Of a DNA stretch of 47,598 bases, positions 8,407 to 18,391 are shown in pieces. Source of the stretch: Bacteroidales bacterium (GTDB lineage: Bacteria; Bacteroidota; Bacteroidia; Bacteroidales; VadinHA17). The stretch lies in NCBI GenBank assembly GCA_003520925.1, contig DOTV01000233.1, forward strand, positions 14,547-62,144, read 5' to 3'. The stretch's first letter is position 1. Each line of letters opens with the position of its first letter. The position numbers and the translations under genes are program-made. The notes beneath the pieces are model-generated. The model did not search any database. It was not told where the DNA came from and was given only the letters and a program-made list of their open reading frames with translations.

Positions 8407-10422
8407 ATGAATACCTCCAAATTCCAGGAACTGGTTTCAGAAGGCATTCCCGATAAATTGCCCGAACCAAAACCTTTTGATAAGAGCATAAATCATGCCC
8501 CTAAAAGGAAGGATATACTCAGCATTGAAGAAAAGAAGCTTGCAATTAAAAACGCTCTGCGTTATTTTCCTGTCCGCTTCCACAATGTTCTTGCAGCTGA
8601 ATTTGCCCGGGAACTTTATGACATGGGAAGGATCTATATGTACAGGTTCAGGCCCGATTATGATATAAAAGCCAGGCATATTGATGACTATCCCTGCCTT
8701 TCCGGGAAGGCAGCTGCAATAATGCTGATGATCTCAAATAACCTCGATGAACAGGTTGCCCAACATCCTCATGAACTTATAACATACGGCGGGAATGGGG
8801 CAGTCTTCCAGAACTGGGCTCAGTACCGGCTGACTATGAAGTACCTCTCGGAGATGACTGACGAACAAACCCTGGTTATCAATTCGGGTCATCCTCTGGG
8901 CCTCTTCCCCTCCCTCAGGGACGCGCCAAGGGTAGTAGTAACAAATGGAATGGTTATTCCAAATTATTCATCGCAGGACCACTGGGAGAGATTCAATGCA
9001 CTGGGTGTTTCTCAATATGGTCAGATGACCGCAGGTTCATATATGTACATTGGGCCCCAGGGTATTGTTCACGGTACCACCATAACAATACTGAACGCGA
9101 GCCGAAGGATAGAATACGGGAAGGGTACTAAGGAATTGAGATTGTTCGTTTCTTCAGGACTTGGCGGAATGTCGGGTGCACAGCCAAAAGCTGCAAAAAT
9201 CGCCGGGGTAATTTCAGTTATTGCTGAGGTAAATCCAAAAGCCGTTAAAATGAGGTTATCTCAGGGCTGGGTTGATGAGGTTTTCCCGGATCTCGATAAA
9301 CTTATCAGAAGGGTGCTTGAGGCTAAACGGGAAAATAAGGTTACGTCTATTGCGTACAATGGGAATATTGTTGATTTGTGGGAGCGGTTTGCAGAGGAAG
9401 ACATCAGGGTTGATATCGGATCGGATCAGACCTCACTTCATAATCCCTGGGCGGGCGGCTATTATCCGGCAAGTATTACGTTTGAAGAATCAAACCGGAT
9501 GATATCCTCTGATCCTGAACGGTTCAGGGGACTTGTCAGAGAATCTTTGAGAAGACAGGTTAAAGCCATAAATCAGCATAGTGAAAGGGGAACATATTTC
9601 TTCGACTATGGAAATGCTTTTCTTCTGGAAGCCTCGAGGGCTGGTGCAGATATTCTGAATTCTTCCGGAGAGTTCAGATATCCTTCGTATGTAGAGGATA
9701 TAATGGGTCCTATGTGTTTCGATTTCGGCTTCGGGCCTTTCAGATGGGTTTGCTGCTCAAATGATCCTGCTGACCTTGTAATTACCGACAGGATCGCCGG
9801 TGAAACTCTTGAAAAAATCGAACAGTGTTCTCCTACAGAGATAAAACAGCAGATGTCTGATAATATCAGGTGGATAAAAGAAGCCGGAAGGAACAGTCTG
9901 GTTGTCGGTTCACAAGCAAGAATTCTTTATGCGGACGCTGAAGGGAGGACAGCAATAGCCAGAGCATTTAACTCGGCTGTCGGGCAGGGAATTATTTCTG
10001 CACCTGTTGTAATTGGAAGGGACCATCATGATGTTTCGGGTACCGACTCACCCTTCAGGGAGACTTCCAATATCAGGGATGGGTCGAAATTCACCGCAGA
10101 TATGGCAGTTCAGAATGTCATTGGAGATGCATTCCGCGGGGCGACATGGGTTTCGTTGCACAATGGGGGAGGAGTCGGATGGGGAGAGGTTATCAATGGT
10201 GGTTTCGGGATGGTGCTTGACGGATCAGAAGAAGCAGAGGATAATCTGAGAATGATGATCAGCTGGGATGTAAATAATGGTATCGCAAGAAGAAGCTGGG
10301 CAAGGAATGAAGGTGCTATGTTTACCCTCCAAAGGGAAATGAAGAGAACCCCCGGACTGAGAGTTACAGTTCCTTATATTGCCGAAGATAAGCTTATTGA
10401 AGAAGCTTTAAAGATGGTGTGA
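8407..10422 (+). CDS. hutU: Urocanate hydratase
   Basis: 671 aa with motifs GGNGAVFQNW, GQMTAGSYMYIGPQGIVHGT and GLGGMSGAQ. Confidence 0.9.
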   Translation: MNTSKFQELVSEGIPDKLPEPKPFDKSINHAPKRKDILSIEEKKLAIKNALRYFPVRFHNVLAAEFARELYDMGRIYMYRFRPDYDIKARHIDDYPCLSGKAAAIMLMISNNLDEQVAQHPHELITYGGNGAVFQNWAQYRLTMKYLSEMTDEQTLVINSGHPLGLFPSLRDAPRVVVTNGMVIPNYSSQDHWERFNALGVSQYGQMTAGSYMYIGPQGIVHGTTITILNASRRIEYGKGTKELRLFVSSGLGGMSGAQPKAAKIAGVISVIAEVNPKAVKMRLSQGWVDEVFPDLDKLIRRVLEAKRENKVTSIAYNGNIVDLWERFAEEDIRVDIGSDQTSLHNPWAGGYYPASITFEESNRMISSDPERFRGLVRESLRRQVKAINQHSERGTYFFDYGNAFLLEASRAGADILNSSGEFRYPSYVEDIMGPMCFDFGFGPFRWVCCSNDPADLVITDRIAGETLEKIEQCSPTEIKQQMSDNIRWIKEAGRNSLVVGSQARILYADAEGRTAIARAFNSAVGQGIISAPVVIGRDHHDVSGTDSPFRETSNIRDGSKFTADMAVQNVIGDAFRGATWVSLHNGGGVGWGEVINGGFGMVLDGSEEAEDNLRMMISWDVNNGIARRSWARNEGAMFTLQREMKRTPGLRVTVPYIAEDKLIEEALKMV

Positions 10423-10450
10423 GGTACGGGATCCGGGGTTTATAAATCTT

Positions 10451-10553
10451 AAGTTACACAGAGAGCGCTGAGAAGACACAGAGGTACACAGAGTCGTTCA
10501 TCAGATAACCTCTGTTGATCTCGGTGAAAGCTCTGTGGATATCAGTGTAAGTT
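10451..10553. repeat. Intergenic heptamer-cluster repeat (CACAGAG x3 facing CTCTGTT/CTCTGTG) with imperfect terminal inverted repeat
   Basis: CACAGAG is at 10457, 10477 and 10487. CTCTGTT is at 10510 and CTCTGTG at 10531. The ends are aagttacac (10451) and gtgtaagtt (10545). It fills the gap between convergent hutU and ispF. Confidence 0.6.
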
Positions 10554-11033
10554 TTATAATTTTTCCAGCAGAACAACCGCAATGGCTACAACTCCCTCTT
10601 CTCTGCCGGTGAATCCCAGCTTTTCTGTTGTGGTAGCTTTAATTGAGATGTTGTCGGAAGCTGTTTCCAGAATGGCCGAAATGATATCCTTCATTTCACA
10701 GGAGTACGACGAAATTTTTGGCTTTTCAAGGCATACGGTGCAGTCAATATTAATAACACTGTATCCTTTATCCCTTATAAGTTCGAAAGTTCTTTTAAGA
10801 AGGATTTTGCTGTCTATCTTTTTAAGCTCCGGATCAGAATCAGGGAAATGGTAACCGATATCCCTTAATGCGGCAGCTCCAAGGAGGGCATCACAAACAG
10901 CATGCAATAGAACATCCCCGTCAGAATGCGCAACACAACCTCGTCCGGACGGGATCAGGACTCCTCCCAGCCACAGGTCAAGACCTGGTTCAAGACGGTG
11001 AAAATCAATTCCCTGTCCGATCCTGATATTCAT
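10554..11033 (-). CDS. ispF: 2-C-methyl-D-erythritol 2,4-cyclodiphosphate synthase
   Basis: 159 aa with motifs IGQGIDFHRL, HSDGDVLLHA and TTTEKLGFTGR. Confidence 0.92.
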   Translation of the reverse strand: MNIRIGQGIDFHRLEPGLDLWLGGVLIPSGRGCVAHSDGDVLLHAVCDALLGAAALRDIGYHFPDSDPELKKIDSKILLKRTFELIRDKGYSVINIDCTVCLEKPKISSYSCEMKDIISAILETASDNISIKATTTEKLGFTGREEGVVAIAVVLLEKL

Positions 11034-11038
11034 TTTAG

Positions 11039-12190
11039 CTAGTTGCCGTTTTTCTGCAATGCATTTATATCGAATGCAAGTGAGAAGCGGAGTGTTCTTG
11101 CAAGCGGATGATTTGAAACAGTGGGCATCAGGTATGAGAAATCTATTGTGAAGCCCTTGAGCTTGAATCCCGCTCCGGCAGTAAAATATTTCCTGTTGCC
11201 TTTGCTCTCATTTTCATGGAAATATCCGGTCCTTATTGCAAACTGGTTATTATACCAGTATTCCAGGCCGATTGAAGAGGTGATCTCACGAATTTCCTCC
11301 TTGAATCCTCCCGGTGCATCATAGAAAGACTGGAAAATTGCTACAGGAACACCGACATTGGGATCTTTCCCGTCGATTATTTCCATATCATTATTATATA
11401 TCGGTGGTGTTGGTACAAGGAGCTTGTTGAAATCAATTGCAAGAGTGAGTCTGTTGAATTTGTCAAAATTAATGGTTCCTGCTCCGCCCAGCCTCATATT
11501 CATAGGGATGAAGTCAGATGTCTGTCCGTCGGAATAACTCATTTTTGATCCTATATTGGAGAAGTTGAGTCCGAAAGCCAGCTCTCCATCTTTGCTGAAC
11601 ATGTTAATATCTTTATGGTAATAACCTGAAATATCTGCTGCGAATGAAGTTCCAGGCTTAGTTGCATCGCCGCCTGAATATGAACCGCCTGTCAGATTTG
11701 AATAGATGAATCTGAAAGCAATCCCGCCTGAAAAGTTTTCTGCAAAGATTCTTGAATAGCCAAGGTCAAAAGCCAGTTCATTAGGTTTAAAAGTCCGTTC
11801 AAGATTTCCGAAATCATCGGTAAATGGAACATCTCCAAGTGATGAATATAAGAGACTTCCGCTTGCCACCTGCTTTTCGTCAATCCTGTAGTATCCTGTT
11901 AAATATGCAATATTGATATCGGGAACAAGGTTCCTTAACCATGGTGAATATGAAATTCCGACACCTGCTTTTCCGTCGATAAAAGCAAATTTTGCAGGAT
12001 TCCAGTGCTGACTGTATGCATCCGGCGAAGTTGCCACACCGGCATCGCCCATTGCCCCTGCCCTTGAATCGGGCGCTATTGAAAGGAACGGGACTACTGT
12101 CTGAATAGCATTCAGTTCCTGTGAATAGACCTTCACGGTTCCGGCAAATAGCAATAGGAATAATATAGCTGGAGTAATTTTTTTCTTCAT
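11039..12190 (-). CDS. porV: Type IX secretion system outer-membrane channel protein PorV
   Basis: 383 aa with a signal peptide and the PorV-type N-terminus VPFLSIAPDSRAGAMGDAGVATSPDAYSQHWNPAKFAF. It lies immediately downstream of porU. Confidence 0.85.
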   Translation of the reverse strand: MKKKITPAILFLLLFAGTVKVYSQELNAIQTVVPFLSIAPDSRAGAMGDAGVATSPDAYSQHWNPAKFAFIDGKAGVGISYSPWLRNLVPDINIAYLTGYYRIDEKQVASGSLLYSSLGDVPFTDDFGNLERTFKPNELAFDLGYSRIFAENFSGGIAFRFIYSNLTGGSYSGGDATKPGTSFAADISGYYHKDINMFSKDGELAFGLNFSNIGSKMSYSDGQTSDFIPMNMRLGGAGTINFDKFNRLTLAIDFNKLLVPTPPIYNNDMEIIDGKDPNVGVPVAIFQSFYDAPGGFKEEIREITSSIGLEYWYNNQFAIRTGYFHENESKGNRKYFTAGAGFKLKGFTIDFSYLMPTVSNHPLARTLRFSLAFDINALQKNGN

Positions 12191-12216
12191 ACTGATTATG
12201 TGTTTTTTAGATTTCG

Positions 12217-12224
12217 CAAATATA
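12217..12224 (-). promoter_or_regulatory. Bacteroidota -7 box (TATATTTG on the minus strand) upstream of porV
   Basis: The plus-strand sequence caaatata lies 26 nt upstream of the porV ATG at 12190. Confidence 0.4.
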
Positions 12225-12257
12225 AAACAAATAAACAGGCGACTTATTGTGTAGCTG

Positions 12258-15200
12258 TTAATAAATGATCATTCTGCCTGAAATAGTGGAAGTTTCACCA
12301 TCCTCTGTAACGATTGTGACCCTGTACGGATAAACACCCCTGCCTGCCCTTTGTCCGGCTGATGTTTTACCATCCCATTCAAGAGGGCAAAGCTGGTATC
12401 CTGTAGAAGGAACAGATGCTTTTAATATTTTGATTATCATTCCGTTAAGATTATAAATATTAACCGTAACATCAAACATTTCATCAGGCCGGTTGTGCTC
12501 AGCACTGATTTTTGTTCCTTCGGTAAAAGGATTCGGATGGTTAAAAAGGTTTTTTATGATGAATTTTTCTCCTTTTTCAACGACAAAAATCAGTGATTTC
12601 TCACTCGAATTGTTGAAATTATCCCAGGCTTTCAAAGTGATGGTGTGCCTTCCCGGATCTAGCCCCGAAAAATTATAGATAAGAGTTCCTTTACTGTAGC
12701 TTCCGAAGTCGTTCTTAAAATAATTATTAAGAATAAATGGAGCAGCGCGGTCATTGTCAAGCCAGCATGAAAGATCGTGACCTATCCCTGTTCCTGCAAT
12801 ATTTATCCCGCCGACATCCTCAATCCTGGCCAAAAGTCTGGGATTACTGTCAGTAATTCCACCGTTCTTAAAGAGAGTATCGTTAAAATATAGTTTTATT
12901 ATAGGACCTTCAGCATCACTATTATCACTGTTGTCGAATCCTCCTGTGATAATCCCCGAAAAATTGCCGTTCATATCTACTGTGGCATTATAAGCATAAT
13001 AACTTATTTTTCCCTTACCCGGCAGATAATCAATTTCCCTGGGAACCATGAATGTGAATATGAATCTGCCTTTTTCAACCCCTGTTTTGCCGCTGAAAAG
13101 GACATTATTCTGTTCCTCAAATTGCATTTTCTGTCCGCCATCGTTGGCAAGAGTAAGATATTCAGTTGGTTTACCGAATATCACGGGAGCAACAACACCG
13201 TTGAATTCATTTAACCGGTTCCCTGTGTTGTCTTCAAGATGCCCGGTAACCGTAATAAGTGACAGGGCTTTTAAAGTGTCGATAAGTCCACCTGCGGGTG
13301 CATTGTTTACAGAATCAGTAACCACCTTTCCCTGCCATGGATATGAAAGCCTTACGGCAGGATCGCCCAGCAGAAGGAAGTTCCTTTTATTTGTATTGTT
13401 CCCCGACATGTTTTTCGCAATCCTTATTATATCGCCCAGTCGCGGGGCCTTTCCTTCAGCATCGGAGATGAAAGCTGCTTCAAAAATATTCCTGTTGAGG
13501 GCATAATTTGGTGCTGAATATACAAGACGTGTCGTTGACATCAGGGCAATGGCGCCTCCTTTCCCTGAAAGAAGTATCTTTTCCCCCGATGAAGGCTTTC
13601 CTGTAATTCCTCCGGTTATGCTGTTTATCGAAATATCGTCAAACCGGCTGAATTCGCATGTAGCAGTAATAAAAAGCGGCAGCTTTGAAATATTCAGCCA
13701 ACTGTCAACATCTCCCGGCGTGATTACCCTTTCGTGAGCCAGGCTTGTTTCATTACCATGACCGATATAATTGAAGAGAAGCGTTCCGGAATTTATCCGG
13801 TCACCAATTGCCTTTGTCACTTCAGGATAAAACTGACCGGTTGAAGTAGTAACCTGATTATATGCGTCAAAATAGATTTTGTCAACATTAACCCAGGGGG
13901 CACGCACAGTCAATATTTCAGCAAGGCCTTCAGCATCCGACATGTGAGTGTTGCCGTCCTCATCATCTGCTGTGATGCAAACAACGTTTTTCCAATCGCC
14001 CTGGGTGGCAGGACTCATGTAGTTCTCTATTTTTAATAATACTATCCCGGCTTCGGTAGTATCCGATACAGGTATCCTCCCGATACCAAGATCCTCAGTT
14101 CCGATATCTTCACCTTCCCCGTTTTCGAGGAGACCGTAAAAGTCATCTGAAGTGAATGATGAGATTATTATATTTGAATTCCGGGTCTGGTATGTCGGTA
14201 TATAGTTTGTATTTCCCGGGGGAAGAGTCTTGTTGTCAAAAGATCCGTCTCCGAACAGGAGCAGGTATTTTAAGGGATGTTCAGAGTTTTTCTGAAGTAT
14301 GAACTTCAACCTCATGAAATTTCTTATTGCAGCAATATCCGGAACACCACCTGAGAACTCATTGTAAATCTGTTCGGGAGTAACAACCATCGAGACAAGG
14401 CCACTGTTCTTCCGGTGAATTTCAGCAAGCCGGCGTGCTCCGGATATAAACAATGGATGTGTGACAATAATCATATCGGCTGCAGGTGAAGAGTGAAGAT
14501 CCTGGTTGGGTAAAATCGCGGGCTTAATTATTGGTATTCTTGCACTGTTGTTCAGAAAAGCAATAAAAGTCTTCAGGGTGTCAGTTGCAACTTTAAAAGT
14601 CATGTTTTCACCAGTAATTGAATACTTTATAATTTCAGGTAAAAAAGGATCAGTTATATCCCAGATCTGGGTCCCCTCCACAGAACTTTTTATTTTGAAT
14701 TCTGTAACAATATCGTTTCCTGAAGATTTAGAATCCGTATAAAATGATGTCAAACCCTCAAATTTATTCTCCCTACGGGCATGAATTGTCACATAATCGA
14801 TCCATCCCTTAGCTGATATATCGCCATTATTAATAAATAACATTTTAAAAACAGGCTGGGAGGATGATGGAATAAATTCACCTTTCTTTAATTCCGCCTG
14901 GGCATAAGTCCCTGAAGTTGAGGAGAGATTGATTCCGTTAACCGGAACTGATGTTATAACGGTTCCATTTTCAGTAAATCTGAAAATTGTTGAAGCAGAT
15001 GCTCTTGCAAGGACCCTGATCGAATATTTTATCTTTTCGGTAGTTATAATGTCTTTATATCCAGGATTTATCTCAAGTTCCTGTGAATAGCTTGCAGGCT
15101 GGTACCACTCTCTTCCTGAATGCAGAAGGTTATCACTCTCCTTTTCATGTATAAATAGGGCATCTGAAACAGCAGAAAAGTAGTTCGGCTGTAAAATGGA

Positions 15201-15680
15201 ACCGGTTGAATTAACGACTCTTCTGCCCTGAATAGAGCCTGATGTTATGAAATAGAATGCAGTATCGGAATAATTATGCCTCAGATAGTTAAAATCACCT
15301 GTCGATTTATCGTATTTCCACCTGTGTGTCCCTTTGCCATAAAAAAGCAGATAATCTCCTTCGTTAAAAATTCCGTCACTACCTGTAAACGTGTAAATTG
15401 CAATTTCCCTAAGGTCGTCCGGTTCAGAGCCATCATTGAAATAAGAGAGTTGACCCTGGTTATTCCCGAATATCCTTGGATTTGAAGGATAATCCAGACC
15501 AAGCAGTTTCAGCTTTGAAAAGTCAATCCTGTAAATATTATCTTCTGTAATGGCAATCTTAAACCACTTACCTGAGGAGAGAACTGAGGATGAAGTATAA
15601 CTTTCCGTATTTCCGCTGAGATTAAGATTCAGGGAGAAAAGCATAACCGCAAAGCACGCTATTTGAACCGGTCTCACCAT
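12258..15680 (-). CDS. porU: Type IX secretion system sortase PorU (C25 gingipain-like C-terminal signal peptidase)
   Basis: 1140 aa with a signal peptide, a central gingipain-like region (LLLFGDGSFD, IGHGN) and a beta-rich C-terminal tail typical of T9SS CTDs. It shows the conserved porU-porV adjacency. Confidence 0.8.
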   Translation of the reverse strand: MVRPVQIACFAVMLFSLNLNLSGNTESYTSSSVLSSGKWFKIAITEDNIYRIDFSKLKLLGLDYPSNPRIFGNNQGQLSYFNDGSEPDDLREIAIYTFTGSDGIFNEGDYLLFYGKGTHRWKYDKSTGDFNYLRHNYSDTAFYFITSGSIQGRRVVNSTGSILQPNYFSAVSDALFIHEKESDNLLHSGREWYQPASYSQELEINPGYKDIITTEKIKYSIRVLARASASTIFRFTENGTVITSVPVNGINLSSTSGTYAQAELKKGEFIPSSSQPVFKMLFINNGDISAKGWIDYVTIHARRENKFEGLTSFYTDSKSSGNDIVTEFKIKSSVEGTQIWDITDPFLPEIIKYSITGENMTFKVATDTLKTFIAFLNNSARIPIIKPAILPNQDLHSSPAADMIIVTHPLFISGARRLAEIHRKNSGLVSMVVTPEQIYNEFSGGVPDIAAIRNFMRLKFILQKNSEHPLKYLLLFGDGSFDNKTLPPGNTNYIPTYQTRNSNIIISSFTSDDFYGLLENGEGEDIGTEDLGIGRIPVSDTTEAGIVLLKIENYMSPATQGDWKNVVCITADDEDGNTHMSDAEGLAEILTVRAPWVNVDKIYFDAYNQVTTSTGQFYPEVTKAIGDRINSGTLLFNYIGHGNETSLAHERVITPGDVDSWLNISKLPLFITATCEFSRFDDISINSITGGITGKPSSGEKILLSGKGGAIALMSTTRLVYSAPNYALNRNIFEAAFISDAEGKAPRLGDIIRIAKNMSGNNTNKRNFLLLGDPAVRLSYPWQGKVVTDSVNNAPAGGLIDTLKALSLITVTGHLEDNTGNRLNEFNGVVAPVIFGKPTEYLTLANDGGQKMQFEEQNNVLFSGKTGVEKGRFIFTFMVPREIDYLPGKGKISYYAYNATVDMNGNFSGIITGGFDNSDNSDAEGPIIKLYFNDTLFKNGGITDSNPRLLARIEDVGGINIAGTGIGHDLSCWLDNDRAAPFILNNYFKNDFGSYSKGTLIYNFSGLDPGRHTITLKAWDNFNNSSEKSLIFVVEKGEKFIIKNLFNHPNPFTEGTKISAEHNRPDEMFDVTVNIYNLNGMIIKILKASVPSTGYQLCPLEWDGKTSAGQRAGRGVYPYRVTIVTEDGETSTISGRMIIY

Positions 15681-15689
15681 TATTCAGGT

Positions 15690-15697
15690 CAAAGATA
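15690..15697 (-). promoter_or_regulatory. Bacteroidota -7 box (TATCTTTG on the minus strand) upstream of porU
   Basis: The plus-strand sequence caaagata lies 9 nt from the porU ATG at 15680. Confidence 0.4.
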
Positions 15698-15795
15698 TAA
15701 ATGTAGTTAAGGTTTTTAATTTATTTTGCGGAATGAAAATGAGAATGGATGAAATTTTGGACAGGTCGGAACGTTGATATTAAAGATTAAGTTTT

Positions 15796-16764
15796 ATGAA
15801 TAAACGTCCGGGGCTGGCATGTATAGTGATTTTACTTATTTCTCAGGCATTGTTTTGCCAGGAGACGAATTATGGTCCAGGTTACCAGACCATGATAGTC
15901 AATAACCCGGCTTTTTCCGGAAGCAGCATTGACGGTACTTTGAGGCTCTCCTATCTGAGTTTTTACCCGGGGAATAACTATAATTTTCATTCGGTATATC
16001 TCTCGTATGATTCTTACTTTCAGTCTTTGCACGGCGGAGCAGGTTTTTACATTTCAAATGATTATATCGGAGGTATAGTCAACGATCTGAGGGGAGGCGT
16101 CTCATACTCATACTTTTTACAGGCAGGGAAGGATCTGTTTATTTATGCTGGACTCTCTGCCGCGTTCTTCCATCGCGGATTTAATTTTAGTAATGCAGTT
16201 TTTCCCGATCAGGTTGATCAGATGGGTAATATATCGCGTCCATCATCCGAATTAATGTCAAACAGAAACCCTGCGGTGTTCGATACAGGGACCGGATTTA
16301 TGTTTATTTACAAGCGGCTTGCCGGAGGATTCGCAATCGCACATCTCACGCAGCCCGATCTTTACGGAAACGCGTCACCGGCTGAAAAGCTTAAACGTAA
16401 ATATCTGATCAGTCTGATTGCAGATATTGATCTGAACAGAACTAGTGGACTTAAGATCAAACCACTGGCCTCGGTTGAATTACAGGGTAATTATTTTAAT
16501 TCAGCCGCAGGAGCGGTGCTTCTTACCAATTCATTGTCATTCAGTACTTTATTCATGTTTGATAATAATAAGAATTTTGATTTGCAGGCAGGATTTTCAC
16601 TCCGTTGGGAGAAAATCGGAATTTTCTACAACTACAGGTTCAATCTGTCGTCAGCAAATTCATTTGTTCCATTTTCACTTGTCCATCAGACAGGCCTGAC
16701 ATTCAGTTTACACAATGTTGAAAAAAGAATTAAATTCAGTACAATAAATGCACCTTATATGTAG
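15796..16764 (+). CDS. PorP/SprF family type IX secretion system membrane protein
   Basis: 322 aa with a signal peptide. The N-terminal pattern YQTMIVNNPAFSGS...LRLSY...GGAGFYISNDYIGG matches the PorP/SprF pattern (NPAxxG...ND.IG). Confidence 0.65.
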   Translation: MNKRPGLACIVILLISQALFCQETNYGPGYQTMIVNNPAFSGSSIDGTLRLSYLSFYPGNNYNFHSVYLSYDSYFQSLHGGAGFYISNDYIGGIVNDLRGGVSYSYFLQAGKDLFIYAGLSAAFFHRGFNFSNAVFPDQVDQMGNISRPSSELMSNRNPAVFDTGTGFMFIYKRLAGGFAIAHLTQPDLYGNASPAEKLKRKYLISLIADIDLNRTSGLKIKPLASVELQGNYFNSAAGAVLLTNSLSFSTLFMFDNNKNFDLQAGFSLRWEKIGIFYNYRFNLSSANSFVPFSLVHQTGLTFSLHNVEKRIKFSTINAPYM

Positions 16765-16765
16765 T

Positions 16766-16773
16766 TATATTTG
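16766..16773 (+). promoter_or_regulatory. Bacteroidota -7 box (TAnnTTTG) upstream of gldJ
   Basis: TATATTTG lies 71 nt upstream of the gldJ ATG. Confidence 0.4.
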
Positions 16774-16844
16774 GTGTCCAAAAAAACTTTTTCAGATTAA
16801 AAGTAAAATTAGAAATTCATAAATGCCATTAAAATTAAGGAGTT

Positions 16845-18323
16845 ATGTATAGATTCAGAACCTTGTCGGTTATATTTCTTGCTGCATTGATTCTCTTTTC
16901 GTGCAAGAGCAGCAAAAAAGGGGAAAATGTTTCATCCACTACGGGATGGAAGTATAATGACCCTGACAATGGAGGATTTGAGGTTGCATTAGGCGCGGAA
17001 CAGAAAACAGGTCCCGGCCTCGTGCTTATTGAAGGAGGTCGTTTTACTATGGGCCGTGTGGAACAGGATGTAATGTTTGACTGGAATAATATACCCAGGA
17101 CAGTAACAGTATCCTCCTTTTACATGGATGAGACAGAGGTAAGAAACGTGGACTATCGCGAATACCTGTTCTGGATAAAAAGAGTCTACAAGGATTATCC
17201 TGAAGTTTTCAGAAGGGCTCTGCCTGACACTCTTGTATGGAGGAGTCCGATGGGTTTCAATGATCCTTATGTGCAATACTATTTCAGGCACCCTTCCTAC
17301 AATAACTACCCGGTTGTTGGTGTGAGCTGGGTTAAAGCAAATGACTACTGCCTCTGGAGGACTGACCGGGTGAATGAGCAGCTTCTGATCGATGAAGGAG
17401 AACTTAATCCTGATCCCAACCAGCTTAATGAAAAGAATTTCAATACTGAAGCTTACCTTGCAGGCCAATATGAAGGAGTTGTAAATCAGCTTCGTGAAAG
17501 TCTTAATCCGAATCAGACCGAAAGACGTACAAATTTTGAAGATGGCTTACTCCTTCCAGCCTACAGGCTTCCAACTGAAGCAGAATGGGAATTTGCTGCC
17601 TATGCCCTCAGGGGAAATACATTTGAAGAACGTGTTTATGAAAGAAGGATCTACCCGTGGGACGGACATAACGTCAGAAATGCAGCCAAAAAATCACGTG
17701 GTGAGATGATGGCTAACTTTGTCCGGGGCAGGGGAGATATGATGGGTGTAGCCGGAAGTCTTAATGACAACGGAAGCATAACCACCGATGTAAAATCGTA
17801 CTGGCCGAATGATTATGGTCTTTATTGCATGTCAGGAAACGTAAATGAATGGGTACAGGATGTTTACCGTCCTCTGACATCACAGGATGTTGACGGATTC
17901 AATCCTTACAGGGGGAATGTCTACACCGATCTCAGGAGAGACGCTAACGGACAGGTTGTAGGAAAAGATAAGCTTGGGAAATTATATATTGATACCGTTA
18001 AGGATACTGATGTAGCTAACAGGTACAATTATCAGAGGGGTGACTACAGGAATTACAGGGACGGTGATCTTTCATCTTCAATTACTGCCGACTGGAATAT
18101 TGATGACAACAAAAAAGGTTCATCGAGGATGTATGCTCAGGAAGAGAAGGATTTCTATACTCTTATAAACGATAATGCAAGGGTATACAAAGGTGGTTCA
18201 TGGAAAGACAGGGCATACTGGCTCAATCCTTCCACAAGGAGGTTCCTTGATCAGGAAAGCTCACGGGATGATATAGGGTTCAGGTGTGCAATGATAAGGG
18301 TCGGAAGTCCGTCAGGATTTTAG
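16845..18323 (+). CDS. gldJ: Gliding motility/T9SS lipoprotein GldJ (FGE-sulfatase/SUMF1 fold)
   Basis: It has the lipobox LFSC, the N-terminal TGWKYND motif and GGRFTMG...DWNN.PR. Other GldJ-type features are YPVVGVSW, LPTEAEWEFAA, DYRNYRDGD and the C-terminal GGSWKDRAYWLNPSTRRF...GFRC. The gldJ-murF adjacency matches Flavobacterium johnsoniae. Confidence 0.85.
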   Translation: MYRFRTLSVIFLAALILFSCKSSKKGENVSSTTGWKYNDPDNGGFEVALGAEQKTGPGLVLIEGGRFTMGRVEQDVMFDWNNIPRTVTVSSFYMDETEVRNVDYREYLFWIKRVYKDYPEVFRRALPDTLVWRSPMGFNDPYVQYYFRHPSYNNYPVVGVSWVKANDYCLWRTDRVNEQLLIDEGELNPDPNQLNEKNFNTEAYLAGQYEGVVNQLRESLNPNQTERRTNFEDGLLLPAYRLPTEAEWEFAAYALRGNTFEERVYERRIYPWDGHNVRNAAKKSRGEMMANFVRGRGDMMGVAGSLNDNGSITTDVKSYWPNDYGLYCMSGNVNEWVQDVYRPLTSQDVDGFNPYRGNVYTDLRRDANGQVVGKDKLGKLYIDTVKDTDVANRYNYQRGDYRNYRDGDLSSSITADWNIDDNKKGSSRMYAQEEKDFYTLINDNARVYKGGSWKDRAYWLNPSTRRFLDQESSRDDIGFRCAMIRVGSPSGF

Positions 18324-18349
18324 GGGAATAGAAGAATTTTATATATATT

Positions 18350-18386
18350 GCCTCATTATGAAAACATAATGGGGCATTTTTTTTTT
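18350..18386 (+). terminator. Intrinsic terminator after gldJ
   Basis: An 11-bp stem (gcctcattatg/cataatggggc, one G-U pair) has an aaaa loop and is followed by a run of 10 T. It ends 5 nt before the murF ATG. Confidence 0.7.
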
Positions 18387-18391
18387 AAAGT

